Shown: positions 17,859 through 27,637 of the stretch, piece by piece
Position numbering within the stretch: the first letter of the stretch is position 1
How the letters are laid out: each line of letters starts with the position of its first letter
DNA from: Actinomycetota bacterium
GTDB taxonomy: Bacteria > Actinomycetota > Thermoleophilia > RBG-16-64-13
Length of the DNA: 64,000 nucleotides
Reading direction: 5' to 3'
Assembly (NCBI GenBank): GCA_018830645.1
Contig: JAHJSA010000069.1
Coordinates: 55,279 to 119,278 of the forward strand
Made by a program: the position numbers and the translations under genes
Notes under the pieces: generated by a model
Told to the model about the DNA's origin: nothing
Databases searched by the model: none
The model's input: the letters and a program-made list of their open reading frames with translations, nothing else

Positions 17859-18343
17859 CCGCTTTCCCCGCCTACGCGGCCTTCACCGCTCTCACCGGCT
17901 TCACTTCTTCCGCCGCTCTCGCCGTCGCGCCTCAGCTCTTCGAAGTCTTCCAGGAACGCCTGGATGGCGTCGCGGTGGTCCCTCAGAGTCTCCGCCCATC
18001 GATCCAGGCAGGCATCACCCAGGTTCGTAAGGCTATAGAGGCGCCGGGCCGGCCCTCCCCCTTCGGTATCCCACTCGGAGGTGACCAGGTTGAAGCGCTC
18101 CATCCTACGCAAGGTGCGGTACAGACCTCCCGAGTCCGGACCTGTCTCACCGCCGAGGGGCATGGAGCGAAGACGTTCCGCCATGTCGTAGCCGCTCAGG
18201 CACTCGCGTTCCGCGATGGCGAGTAAGGCGGCGGGTGAGGTGAACTTCCCGATGTTCTTCCCGGTGCAGGCGCAATCGTCAAGATCACAGACCTCTTCGG
18301 CCCCTGGCTCAGCCGACTCCTGCATGTGGGCTTCGTCACTCAT
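17855..18343 (-). CDS. PadR-like transcriptional regulator with Gly/Glu/Ser-rich C-terminal repeats
   Basis: LLAIAERECLSGYDMAERL...GGLYRTLRRMERFNLVTSEW...RRLYSLTNLG has the PadR wHTH pattern. Its 3' end overlaps the convergent MIP gene by 4 nt. Confidence 0.55.
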   Translation of the reverse strand: MSDEAHMQESAEPGAEEVCDLDDCACTGKNIGKFTSPAALLAIAERECLSGYDMAERLRSMPLGGETGPDSGGLYRTLRRMERFNLVTSEWDTEGGGPARRLYSLTNLGDACLDRWAETLRDHRDAIQAFLEDFEELRRDGESGGRSEAGESGEGRVGGESG

Positions 18344-18472
18344 GGCACCGGTCTCCCGAACACGTCTTGCGCCGCCTCTTGGTATCTTAGCGCACGCGGG
18401 GAGTGGCCTCCCGAGCAACCTTCTCAGACACCGCCTCCTCCCTTCCGCTGGGAGCCGATGACCGATGGTCGG

Positions 18473-19756
18473 TCAAGTAACCTTGGACGTCGGAGGCAAG
18501 ACCACCACCGCGTTGCGACCTCTCGCTTTGGCCTGAAGGAGCGCTTCGTCAGCGAGTCGAAGGGCGCCGTCCACATCGTTCGCCCCACATTCCGCGGCCG
18601 CAACGCCCACGCTCACCGTGACGGGTATCTCCCCTTTGCCCGTCGCGACTGAGGTGCGCGAGACGGAGGCACGAAGCCTCTCGGCGACCACCCCGGCTGT
18701 TACCAGCGAGGTCTCCGGCAGGAGCATGAGGAACTCCTCACCTCCATAGCGCCCGGCCAGGTCGTACGAACGCACGCAGGTGGCGAGCCGCCGGGCTACT
18801 TCGCGGAGCACCTCATCACCCACCTCGCGACCGTATTCGTCGTTCACGAGCTTGAAGCGATCCACGTCTGCGAGGACCACGCCGAGGGTGCCGGCGAGCG
18901 GTCGGTCCGCCAAGCGTTTCATGCGGTTGCACTCCTCGACAGCACGATCGTAGATCGCCCCCCGGTTGCTGAGGCCTGTGAGGTAGTCGGTCCCCGATTG
19001 TGACATGAGCTGCCACTGGAGCGCTTCAGATCGGCGGGTCGCCCGCGAAAGGACGTAGAACGAGACCGAGAACACGAGCACCAGAACCACCAGAACCACC
19101 AGGATGGTGTAGGCGAGCACTCTCCAGAGATCGCGGATCGGCTCGGTGACGTCTTGGTAGATCTCGAACGAACCGACCACCTCTCCCTGCTGGTTGAAGA
19201 TCGGAACGTAGGTCTCGACCACGTCGCGATCGAACCTGGTCTCCTCCTGGAGGTCGATGACCTCGTCCTCGTTCTCGAGCTTCGAGTCGATCATCCCTGC
19301 GAGCGCTCGAGCCAGCCGCTCGTTGCCCTCGTCGACGATGCCGATTATCTTCGCATCGGTGCTGTACACGATGCGTGCTTCGGAGTCGTAGACCTTGATC
19401 TTGACGATGTCGAAGGGCTCGATGAGGGGCTCGAGCTGCGCGTCGAGTCGAAGGGTGTCGTCTCCGGTCACGTCCAGCACCAGACGCCTCCCCGGACCCT
19501 CCGACAGAAGGTCTTCTGAGTGACTCACGACGATCGCCCTGCTCAGACGTGCCGCCAGATCCTCGGCATCGGCGATGACGTAGTCGGAGTACACGCGGAA
19601 GACCCCCAGCGAAACAAGCAGCAAGATGGCCACACCACCGACGACGAACACCCAGATCGAGAGACGCATGACCCGCGCCGCCGAGGACTTCCGCAGCAAG
19701 ATGGCTGGAGCGTCGGGGATAGACCCCTGCGAAACCGTCTTCTGATCCGCGCTCAA
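18473..19756 (-). CDS. Membrane-anchored diguanylate cyclase (GGDEF)
   Basis: N-terminal TM/periplasmic sensor region and a C-terminal GGDEF domain with RYGGEEF. Confidence 0.8.
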   Translation of the reverse strand: MSADQKTVSQGSIPDAPAILLRKSSAARVMRLSIWVFVVGGVAILLLVSLGVFRVYSDYVIADAEDLAARLSRAIVVSHSEDLLSEGPGRRLVLDVTGDDTLRLDAQLEPLIEPFDIVKIKVYDSEARIVYSTDAKIIGIVDEGNERLARALAGMIDSKLENEDEVIDLQEETRFDRDVVETYVPIFNQQGEVVGSFEIYQDVTEPIRDLWRVLAYTILVVLVVLVLVFSVSFYVLSRATRRSEALQWQLMSQSGTDYLTGLSNRGAIYDRAVEECNRMKRLADRPLAGTLGVVLADVDRFKLVNDEYGREVGDEVLREVARRLATCVRSYDLAGRYGGEEFLMLLPETSLVTAGVVAERLRASVSRTSVATGKGEIPVTVSVGVAAAECGANDVDGALRLADEALLQAKARGRNAVVVLPPTSKVT

Positions 19757-19921
19757 CGTTTCACGAACCTCCGCGAAGCGGACGATGCCCGTACTGAGCC
19801 TGAAACTGTAAGACTCATAGTATCGTTATTGAACACCCCGAGCCAAAGTCAGGCAGACCCGCATCCGCCGGGGCGGGCGGTCTGTGACCGGGGAGCGACA
19901 CACGCCCACTCCGGTTCGGCC

Positions 19922-19989
19922 TCTTGACTTCCAATCGCGAATGCTCTACTCTTCATTACGTAGTACTATGCATTGTGTGTTAGTGCTCT
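19922..19989. promoter_or_regulatory. Divergent promoter region with -35-like TTGACT and an AT-rich palindromic stretch (CATTACGTAGTACTATGCATTG) upstream of the PadR gene
   Basis: Seen directly. Low-GC island between the GGDEF and PadR starts. The palindromic ATGCAT/AGTACT elements are candidate PadR operators. Confidence 0.3.
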
Positions 19990-20367
19990 ATGCGCGGTAC
20001 GAAGAAGCGTGAAGGAGGCTCGAGGGTGGACAGCTTCTCCTCCTGGGTGGCCCAACTGCGAAAGGGGGTGGTCGAGCTGCTCGTACTGCGCCTCCTCGCG
20101 GCCCGAGGCCCTCTGCACGGTTATGCCATCTCCCGCCACCTGCAGGAATTGGGCGAGACCGTGGCAGGCGAGAGCACCGTGTACCCCGTACTCAAGCGGC
20201 TCGAGGCCGAGAGCCTGGTGACCGGCGCCTGGATCCAGGAGGGTGAGGCGCCCCCGCGCAAAGACTACGAAGTGACCGAGGCCGGGCGGGAGTTCTTGGT
20301 GAAGGCCTCGGAGCAATGGCAGACACTCGACGGCGCACTCAGACTTCTCGAGGAGGAGACGCGATGA
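19990..20367 (+). CDS. PadR family transcriptional regulator
   Basis: VELLVLRLLAARGPLHGYAISRHLQELGETVAGESTVYPVLKRLEAESLV is a canonical PadR wHTH. Confidence 0.75.
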   Translation: MRGTKKREGGSRVDSFSSWVAQLRKGVVELLVLRLLAARGPLHGYAISRHLQELGETVAGESTVYPVLKRLEAESLVTGAWIQEGEAPPRKDYEVTEAGREFLVKASEQWQTLDGALRLLEEETR

Positions 20368-21476
20368 AGCCCGCCCACGACAACCACGCCAAGAGCTCCA
20401 CGGGCGCCCGCGTCGACGACTACCTCGCGCGACTCGAAGAAGCGCTCGAGCTTCTCGGCCCCACCGAAGCAGCCGACACTCGCGCGGAATTGGGCTCGTA
20501 CCTCGCGGAGGCCGCTCGGGACGGCCGAGTCGACGAGGTGCTCGGTACGATGGGGGCCCCGGAATCGTTCGCCGCGGGCATCCTCTCCGAGCGGGGGATG
20601 CTCGCCACACCCGGCCCCTTGCCGAGTCCGAGCGGCGCCCGCATCGCCGTGGCCGCCATCGTGGATGTGATAGTCGCGATCGCACCTCTGGCGCTGGGGC
20701 TGCCCCTCGCCTTCCTGATGCCGGCACAGTCCATGTACGCGGGCGCGACCGCGCTCAACTGGATAGGGCTCGTCATCGCGATCGGTATCCTGGTCATTAC
20801 CGTCGGCATCTGGCCCTGGTACTACTGGCGCTCCCGAAACCGTCCGGGACGCAACCAGAGCGTCGGGAGGAACGTCGCGGGGCTTCGCACGGTCCGGGCG
20901 GGCGGCGAAGTGCGCGTTGTGCGCGCGAGTGACATGCCGCGCGGGCGGCGAGGGATGACACGGGCGGGAGCCGTCATCAGGTTCCTCGTGGCGTTCTGGA
21001 TCGTGGGAGGCGTGGCGTACGCAATGGTCTACTCCTACGCTCAAGACCGTCAGAGTCCCCCGGACCTCGTCCTTCAAGTCGTAGCCCAAGACGTCGGGAG
21101 CGCGGTCGGAGTGACCACGCAACTCACCGCGGCTGTCATGGAGGCGGTCTCCGCGGGGCGCGCCACGACCGAAGCTCCTCCCGATCTGCTGGAAGACGCA
21201 GCGGTCGAGACGTATCTGGAGCTCCTCGGATCGGCGATCGACAACTCGGCCCGCACCTACGAGATCACCTGGGTGTCGGAGGCGACCTACGTGGAGCCGG
21301 ATTCGCCTCTCCTTTCCGACGCCACGTTCCTGGTCGAGGCGCTCGAGCGCGGCGGCGAGAACCAGGCTTGGCGTTTCACCGTGCGCAAGGACACGGAGGT
21401 CATGGATGACGGCACGTCCAGCGTCACGTCATATCAGATCTCGCACATCCAGATCGGGGAGAGATGGGCGCCGTGA
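20364..21476 (+). CDS. Membrane protein with DUF1700-like N-terminal domain and RDD-like TM region (PadR-associated sensor/anchor)
   Basis: ATGA-coupled to the PadR gene. N-terminus YLARLEEALELLGPTEAADTRAELGSYLAEAARDG matches the DUF1700 pattern. TM helices and a WYYWRSRN...GLRTVRAGG RDD-like segment follow. Confidence 0.55.
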   Translation: MKPAHDNHAKSSTGARVDDYLARLEEALELLGPTEAADTRAELGSYLAEAARDGRVDEVLGTMGAPESFAAGILSERGMLATPGPLPSPSGARIAVAAIVDVIVAIAPLALGLPLAFLMPAQSMYAGATALNWIGLVIAIGILVITVGIWPWYYWRSRNRPGRNQSVGRNVAGLRTVRAGGEVRVVRASDMPRGRRGMTRAGAVIRFLVAFWIVGGVAYAMVYSYAQDRQSPPDLVLQVVAQDVGSAVGVTTQLTAAVMEAVSAGRATTEAPPDLLEDAAVETYLELLGSAIDNSARTYEITWVSEATYVEPDSPLLSDATFLVEALERGGENQAWRFTVRKDTEVMDDGTSSVTSYQISHIQIGERWAP

Positions 21477-22642
21477 GGAAGCCGCCGCCGGGTATCACCC
21501 CGCCCCCATCTCCCGACTTCGACCGGCTCGTGGACCGCACGGGCACGGCCAGTCTGAAGTGGGGCCTCTACGGGCAAGACGTGCTCCCGCTCTGGGTGGC
21601 CGACATGGACTTCGAGGCTCCCGCACCGGTGATTGAAGCCGTTGAGACCTTCGCGGCCCACGGCGTCTACGGCTATGCGCGCATGCCCGACTCGCTGCTC
21701 GAGGCGATCACGACGTATCTCGCGACGGAATACTCCTGGCCGGTGCACCCCGACTGGATCGTGTACACCCCGGGCGTGGTGCCCGCCCTGAACGTGGTCT
21801 GCCGAGCCTACGCTGGGCTCGGCGAGGGCGTCATGACGCTCACCCCGGCCTATCCCCCCTTCCTCGAGGCACCGCCGAACCAGGAGCGCCACCTCCAGAC
21901 CGTGTCCGCGCGGTTGGACGAGGAGGGTCGTTGGCGCATGCCGCTCGAGAAGATGGAGCGGGTCGTGGATCCATCGACACGCGTGCTGCTCTTCTGCCAC
22001 CCCCACAACCCTCTCGGGCGGGCCTGGGAGCGGGCGGAGCTCGAGCTGGTGGTGGATTTTTGCCGCCGGCACGACCTCGTGCTCTGCTCCGACGAGATCC
22101 ACTGCGACCTGTTGCTCGACCCCGTGGAACACGTTCCCGCCACCCTGATCGGTCCCGATGCCGAGGCTTTCACGGTCACCCTGATGTCGCCCAGCAAGTC
22201 CTTCAACGTGCCCGGCCTCAACTTCGCCTACGCGGTCATCCCCGACGCCCGACTCCGGCAGGCCTTCAAGCAGGCGGCCAGGGGCCTCTTCTCGTTGCCA
22301 GGATGCTTCTCGGTGGTGGTGGCCGAAGCCTGCTACCGCCAGGGCGATCCCTGGCTCTCGGCGCTACTCGAATACCTGCGGGTCAATCGCGACCTGGTGG
22401 AGGAATGGGCCGCCGGCCTGGGCTCCGGGGTCACCACGACTCACGTGGAAGCCACCTATCTGGCGTGGCTCGACGTGCACGCACTGGGATCGAAAGACCC
22501 CGCGGCCGACTGCGTAGCGGCCGGAGTGGGGCTTTCCGACGGCAGGGCGTTCGGCACACCCGGGTTCCTACGGCTGAACTTCGGGTGCCCGCGCAGCACG
22601 TTGGTGGAAGCGCTGAGACGCCTGGACGGCGTTCTGGGCTAG
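21464..22642 (+). CDS. PatB/MalY-type aminotransferase class I/II (cystathionine beta-lyase-like C-S lyase)
   Basis: DRTGTASLKWG, LWVADMDF and SPSKSFNVPGL motifs characteristic of MalY/PatB. Confidence 0.8.
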   Translation: MGAVRKPPPGITPPPSPDFDRLVDRTGTASLKWGLYGQDVLPLWVADMDFEAPAPVIEAVETFAAHGVYGYARMPDSLLEAITTYLATEYSWPVHPDWIVYTPGVVPALNVVCRAYAGLGEGVMTLTPAYPPFLEAPPNQERHLQTVSARLDEEGRWRMPLEKMERVVDPSTRVLLFCHPHNPLGRAWERAELELVVDFCRRHDLVLCSDEIHCDLLLDPVEHVPATLIGPDAEAFTVTLMSPSKSFNVPGLNFAYAVIPDARLRQAFKQAARGLFSLPGCFSVVVAEACYRQGDPWLSALLEYLRVNRDLVEEWAAGLGSGVTTTHVEATYLAWLDVHALGSKDPAADCVAAGVGLSDGRAFGTPGFLRLNFGCPRSTLVEALRRLDGVLG

Positions 22643-22721
22643 TGTCCGCCGGAGCGCCGGTAGGCCGCGCGTCCCGCCGGCGAGACCGCGCCGAAGGGGC
22701 GGCCGCTGCTGCGGTGACGCG

Positions 22722-22798
22722 GGCGCCCTCAGGCCTCGATGCCGCCCTCAGGCCTCGGCGCCGCCCTCAGGCCTCGAGCCGCCTCAGCCCTCGATGCC
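22722..22798. repeat. Four degenerate tandem copies of an 18-19 bp unit (GCCGCCCTCAGGCCTCGR) reiterating the 3' end and stop codon of panE
   Basis: Seen directly. The last unit is the actual panE terminus (..GIEG*). Three more copies, each containing TCA (TGA on the minus strand), extend into the convergent intergenic space. Confidence 0.6.
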
Positions 22799-23782
22799 GG
22801 ACTCTTCCGGATAGAGCCCTCGCACGCGGGCGTGCAGGCGGGCCAAGCCGAGAAGTGTGTGGATGTTCGGCGTGGGGACCCCGACCTTGCAGGCGATCTC
22901 GGATACCACGGTCACCAGGGCGTCGAGTTCCACCGCCTTCCCCGCCTCGACATCACGCAGCATCGAAGTCTTGAACGCCCCGAGTTGTCGGGTGAGCGCA
23001 TTCCGCTCCTCCCCGGTCTGCGAGATAGGACACCCGATCCTATCGCCGATCGCCGAGGCTTCGGCCATGACGTCGAGACAGAAGCGGTTCACAAACGGAT
23101 CGTCGAGGATCCGGTCACAGGTGGACCCGGTGAGAGCCGAGATGGGGTTCATCGTCATGTTGCCCCAGAGCTTGTACCAGATCTCGGACTGGATGGAGGG
23201 CACAACCCGGGTTTCAAGGCCGGCGCCCACAAGCACGTCCGCAACCGCCCGCACCCGTTCCGAATCGCGGCCGGAGGGCTCCCCGATCATGACCAGGTTG
23301 CCCGCCACGTGACGCACCAGCCCGGGTTCGACCACGGCGCAACTCATGTGCACAACGCCTCCCAGGACGTGACGGGTCGCGATCGCCTCGGCGATCGCCC
23401 CCCCCGGGTCGACGGCCTCGAGACGCGTGCCCTCGAACTCGCCGCCGAAACCGTCGAAGAACCACCAAGGCACGCCGTTCATGGCGGTGAGTACCACCGT
23501 CTCCGGGCCGATGAGCGGAGCCATGCGCTCCGCGACGTCTCTCATCGCGGTGGCCTTCACCGAGACCACGACGAGGTCCTGCACACCGAGATCGCCGGGA
23601 TCGTTCGACGCTGCCACCTCCACCGTATGCAGGTCGTCGCCCAACTGCAGACGCCAGCCCTTCTGGCGCAGGGCGGCCAACGTGCCCCCACGGGCCACGG
23701 CGCTGACTTCGTTGCCCGCCAAGGCCAGACGTACGCCGAGATGCCCGCCGATCGCGCCCGCTCCGTACACGCAAACCTTCAC
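22784..23782 (-). CDS. panE: 2-dehydropantoate 2-reductase (ketopantoate reductase)
   Basis: N-terminal VYGAGAIGGHLG Rossmann motif and the KPR fold. 332 aa. Confidence 0.8.
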   Translation of the reverse strand: MKVCVYGAGAIGGHLGVRLALAGNEVSAVARGGTLAALRQKGWRLQLGDDLHTVEVAASNDPGDLGVQDLVVVSVKATAMRDVAERMAPLIGPETVVLTAMNGVPWWFFDGFGGEFEGTRLEAVDPGGAIAEAIATRHVLGGVVHMSCAVVEPGLVRHVAGNLVMIGEPSGRDSERVRAVADVLVGAGLETRVVPSIQSEIWYKLWGNMTMNPISALTGSTCDRILDDPFVNRFCLDVMAEASAIGDRIGCPISQTGEERNALTRQLGAFKTSMLRDVEAGKAVELDALVTVVSEIACKVGVPTPNIHTLLGLARLHARVRGLYPEESGIEG

Positions 23783-23853
23783 GGTGCCTCCTGTCCGATG
23801 CCGGCGTCGAGTATATCGGGGCGCTCCGACGACCGCGACGCGGAAGAGCGTGC

Positions 23854-24897
23854 CTAGCCCTCAATCTCACGTACAGCTTCGATGAAAGCCTCGATGTTAG
23901 CCCGGGGCGTGAAGTCCACATCGTAGGCCGGGGACAGCACCAGGCCCGCCGGTCCGACTTCCGCGACGCTCCGTGCCACCTGGCGCCGGATCTCCTCGGG
24001 AGTGCCGGTGTCCCACGATGCAGCGGTGCCCACGGTGCCCCAGAAGGCCGGGCGCGGCCCGAGGGTGCGTCTGATCGCGGCTGCGTCCATGCAGTCCGGA
24101 GCCAGCGGATTCAGTACATCCACTCCGATCTCCACGAGTTCGGGCAGCAGGCGCGTGAAATCACCGTCGGAGTGATAGAACACCCGGACTTCCGGTCGCA
24201 CCTGCGTGGTCGTGTCGATCAGCTGGACCATCCGCGGCTTGAAGAAGCGCTGCCACGTGGCTGGGCTGATGAGCATACCGTGCGATCCGGCGACATCGTC
24301 GTCGAGCAGGAGCACATCCACGCCCGCTTCGACGATCGCCACGCAGTTGCGCAACGACATCGAAGCTAGTTGATCCAGCAGGTAGTCGACGAGGGCAGGG
24401 CGCTCCAGGAGATCGGTCATGAAGCGTTGGAACCCGCGCAGCCGATATGCCGACTCGAAGAGCTCTCCACCCAGATGTGGCGGGGCCCCGGCCACGGCCA
24501 GTCCACGGTCGTGAAGGCGGCGTACGTCGTCGGCGAGGCCCTCACGGCGCCGCGGGTCGGCGAGGCCGGCCGCGATCCGTTCCACGAACTCCCCTATAGC
24601 GCCGCCCCGAGCCAGTGGATGCACGCCGGGGTGCTCTGGGTGGTAGCCCCACTCCTCGTAGACCCGTAGTTGAGCCACGCTGCCCACGTGGACGTCCCGA
24701 GGAAGCGAATCGAGATACGAGAAGAAGTCCTCCTGGTCCGGCGAAGGATCGAACTCCACGAAGCGCACGTCGGTGTCGAAGAGCTCGTCGCCGTCGCGGG
24801 CGCCGAACAGCGGTTGCTGGAAGAACCCCAGTGCACACGGGATGCTGTCGGGCCGGTCGCCCGCCAGAGCGGTGAGTACTCGTTCTCGAGGAGTCAC
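23854..24897 (-). CDS. Uroporphyrinogen decarboxylase (URO-D) family protein, possibly MtaA/CmuA-like methyltransferase-type
   Basis: 347 aa with URO-D-like TIM-barrel signatures (e.g. FYHSDGDFTRLLPELVEIGVDVLNP). Confidence 0.65.
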   Translation of the reverse strand: MTPRERVLTALAGDRPDSIPCALGFFQQPLFGARDGDELFDTDVRFVEFDPSPDQEDFFSYLDSLPRDVHVGSVAQLRVYEEWGYHPEHPGVHPLARGGAIGEFVERIAAGLADPRRREGLADDVRRLHDRGLAVAGAPPHLGGELFESAYRLRGFQRFMTDLLERPALVDYLLDQLASMSLRNCVAIVEAGVDVLLLDDDVAGSHGMLISPATWQRFFKPRMVQLIDTTTQVRPEVRVFYHSDGDFTRLLPELVEIGVDVLNPLAPDCMDAAAIRRTLGPRPAFWGTVGTAASWDTGTPEEIRRQVARSVAEVGPAGLVLSPAYDVDFTPRANIEAFIEAVREIEG

Positions 24898-25029
24898 CGG
24901 GCGTTACCTCCTCTCAGGCGATGCGCCGGAATCAGCCAAGCGCCGGCAACGAAGCCGGCGGGCCCGCGAGCCGGCAGCGACCGACTCTCGGGTGCGACGC
25001 GCCGGTCTTCCGGTTGCGGCTCACCCGAC

Positions 25030-25944
25030 TCACGACTCCCGCGCGCCGCGCTTCGTCTCGAGTTCGTCGATGGTCTTCGGCCGGCTGTCCTTGAGCAGTC
25101 GCGAGAGCGCACGATCGGCGAGTACGCGGCCACCAGTCTGGCACCGGGGACAATAGTTGCTCTCGCTATCAGCGTACACGATTCGCTGCACGGGTGTGCC
25201 GCAGACCGGGCAGGGAAGCCGGTAGCGCCCGTGAACCGCCATCTCGGGGCGGAACGCGGTGACCTTCTCGGGGAAGTCCTCCCCCATCTCACGTATCAAG
25301 AACTGAGTCCACTCGGAGAGCACGGTCAGGGTGGCCTCGCGGAGTCGCGTGAACTCCTCGTCGGTCAGCCCATCGGTCTGCTTGAAGGGAGAAAGACCCG
25401 CCCGATGCAGGATCTCGTCGGAGTACGCGTTTCCGATGCCGCTCACGATCCGCGGGTCCGTGAGCGCACGCTTCAGGGTGTGGTTCTCGCGGCCCAAGGC
25501 GGCCCGGAACTGCACCGCCGGAGCCGACATCACCTCGATACCGCCCGGGTCCAGCGCGCTCAGGCCGTCGCGGCCGACCGCCACGTGCAGCGAGGCGCGC
25601 CTCTTCTTCCCCGCCTCGGTGAGAAGCAGCGTACCGCCGGGGAAGTAGAAGGCGGCCAAACCCCGGCCGCGGGGGACGGCGGCGTCCGGCTCCTTCCAGT
25701 GGAGGCGACCCGCGATCATGAGGTGGATCACGAGGAACAACTCGGAGTCCCCGCCCAAGCCGATCACTATGCGCTTCCCTAGCCGCTCGAGGCCTGTCAC
25801 GCTGCGACCTATCGCCGATTCCAAAGGAGGCTCGAAGGTCCGTAAGAGGAACGGGTTCACCAGCGTGACACGGAGAAGCTCCACCCCCAGAACGCGCGGG
25901 CGGAGAGCGGCGAGATAGGCTTCCAGATCTGGGAGTTCCGGCAT
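25030..25944 (-). CDS. Formamidopyrimidine-DNA glycosylase family (Fpg/Nei)
   Basis: N-terminal MPELPDLE and a C-terminal zinc finger CPVCGTPV...CPRC. Confidence 0.8.
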   Translation of the reverse strand: MPELPDLEAYLAALRPRVLGVELLRVTLVNPFLLRTFEPPLESAIGRSVTGLERLGKRIVIGLGGDSELFLVIHLMIAGRLHWKEPDAAVPRGRGLAAFYFPGGTLLLTEAGKKRRASLHVAVGRDGLSALDPGGIEVMSAPAVQFRAALGRENHTLKRALTDPRIVSGIGNAYSDEILHRAGLSPFKQTDGLTDEEFTRLREATLTVLSEWTQFLIREMGEDFPEKVTAFRPEMAVHGRYRLPCPVCGTPVQRIVYADSESNYCPRCQTGGRVLADRALSRLLKDSRPKTIDELETKRGARES

Positions 25945-25959
25945 GATGGTCTCGGCGGC

Positions 25960-26625
25960 CTACACGCCAAGGAGGCCCATGATCTCCGATAACGACGCGA
26001 GGTAGTGATCGGGCGGCGCGGCAGCGAGCGCCTCGCGCGTGCTCTCGCCGCCCTCGATGATAGCCACGGCCACCCCCGCGTCGCGCGCCGCGGCGACATC
26101 GGTGCGGCTGTCTCCCACGAAGAGCGCCTCCCCGGGCGCGACCCCGAGGATGTCGAGTGCGCGGCGAAGGCCATCACCGTCGGGCTTCATGAAACGCACA
26201 TCGTCGCGACTCAGCACCAGGTCGAACCACGGACGGATGCCGAGATCCTCGATGGCGGCGCCCAATGCCCGCCGGCCGATATTGCTCACCACACCCACGT
26301 GGAATCCGGCACGACCCAGCGCTTCAAGGGTCTCGGCCGCGCCCTCACGGAGTTGCCAGCGCGACAGCGCGTCGAGGTCGTACGCGTCGTACACAGCATC
26401 GAGCGCCGCGTGGAGCACCGCCTCGTCGGCGGGCGCCTCGGGAGTGCGCAGTGCCAGGTTCCACATGCCCGAGTAGCTCTCGCCGGCGAAGGCGTCGGGA
26501 GAGAACCCCAAGGCCTCGTAGCCCCGGCGAAGCTCCGCCTCGCCCTCCTCGAGGCGCCACTCGAAGCTCACCAGCGTGCCCTCCATGTCGAACAGTGCTG
26601 CGCGAACGGTCGTCTCGGCCGTCAT
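25960..26625 (-). CDS. HAD-superfamily hydrolase (subfamily IA)
   Basis: LFDMEGTL motif I, S/T motif II and K...GDSRTD motifs III/IV. Confidence 0.7.
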   Translation of the reverse strand: MTAETTVRAALFDMEGTLVSFEWRLEEGEAELRRGYEALGFSPDAFAGESYSGMWNLALRTPEAPADEAVLHAALDAVYDAYDLDALSRWQLREGAAETLEALGRAGFHVGVVSNIGRRALGAAIEDLGIRPWFDLVLSRDDVRFMKPDGDGLRRALDILGVAPGEALFVGDSRTDVAAARDAGVAVAIIEGGESTREALAAAPPDHYLASLSEIMGLLGV

Positions 26626-26673
26626 CGTGCCGCCTTCCTTGTGTCCGCAGCCGGCGCCCCCCGAAGTGCCCGC

Positions 26674-27408
26674 CTAGAGCTGATCGGCGCTGAACGTATC
26701 GCCTTGCGACATATCCCCTGTATCGAGGCCTTTGCGGAACCAGCGGACCCTCTGCTCCGAGGTGCCGTGGGTGAACGAGTCGGGCACCACGCGCCCGGTG
26801 GCTTCCTTCTGAAGCCGGTCGTCGCCGATTACGCTCGCCGCCTGCAGGGCCTCATCGATGTCGCCGGGTTCGAGCACCTGCCAGTTCTCTTGCGCATGAT
26901 AGGCCCACACTCCGGCCAGGAAGTCCGCCTGCAGCTCGAGACGCACCAGATACTGGTTGTACTCGGTCTCGCTCACCTGACTGCGAAGTTCGCTCACCTG
27001 CTCACTGATGCCCAGAAGGTTCTGGACGTGGTGCCCCACCTCATGGGCCACCACGTACGCCTGGGCGAAGTCACCGGGAGCGGCGTGACGTCTGCGCAGC
27101 TCGTCGTAGAGGCGCGGCTCCTGGTACGTGCGCCCCTCTTCCTCGAAGAGCTGCTGCCACACCTCCTCGGTGTCGGCGAGCACCACCCCGATGAAGTCGG
27201 CCAACTCCTGCTCCTCGGCAGTGGGCGCCGCCACTTGCTGCGACGACACCCCTCCCTGGGTGAGCAACTGGGCGGGGTTCCCGCCGAGCAGCAGGAACAA
27301 CACCGCCAAGATGATCGACCCCACGCCGCCACCCAACGCCAGACCGCCCCGCCGCGTGCCGCGGCGATCCTCCACGTTCTGGCTCGTGCGTCTGCCTCTC
27401 CATTTCAT
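26674..27408 (-). CDS. YpfJ-family putative neutral zinc metallopeptidase
   Basis: N-terminal TM segment and AHEVGHHVQN, a HExxH-type zinc site. Start taken at MKWRGRR. Confidence 0.7.
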   Translation of the reverse strand: MKWRGRRTSQNVEDRRGTRRGGLALGGGVGSIILAVLFLLLGGNPAQLLTQGGVSSQQVAAPTAEEQELADFIGVVLADTEEVWQQLFEEEGRTYQEPRLYDELRRRHAAPGDFAQAYVVAHEVGHHVQNLLGISEQVSELRSQVSETEYNQYLVRLELQADFLAGVWAYHAQENWQVLEPGDIDEALQAASVIGDDRLQKEATGRVVPDSFTHGTSEQRVRWFRKGLDTGDMSQGDTFSADQL

Positions 27409-27637
27409 ACATGCCCCGGTCGTGGGAAGGTGCCCGGATACGGCGACTCGACGCACCTGTCGCGTCGGCCGGTCCGAATCCCGATTACCCGCCGTCCGTC
27501 ACTCCAAACACCCGTTGCCCGGGTCGGTGGCCCGCGTGCGACAACGCCCATCACCGGTCGCACTACGAGGCACGGCGCGGGTCGCGCCCCAGCCCCGTAC
27601 GAGGTGCCATCGCGTGTGACACGGTATCATTCACCCC

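Noticed and set aside
22722-22798. Possible CRISPR array (tandem 18-bp repeats); likewise 44373-44435
   Set aside because: Repeats are directly adjacent with no spacers. Units are too short and too few, and no cas genes are nearby. Interpreted as slippage duplications instead.
22739-23857. 372-aa plus-strand ORF
   Set aside because: Antisense to panE. It begins inside the tandem-repeat array.
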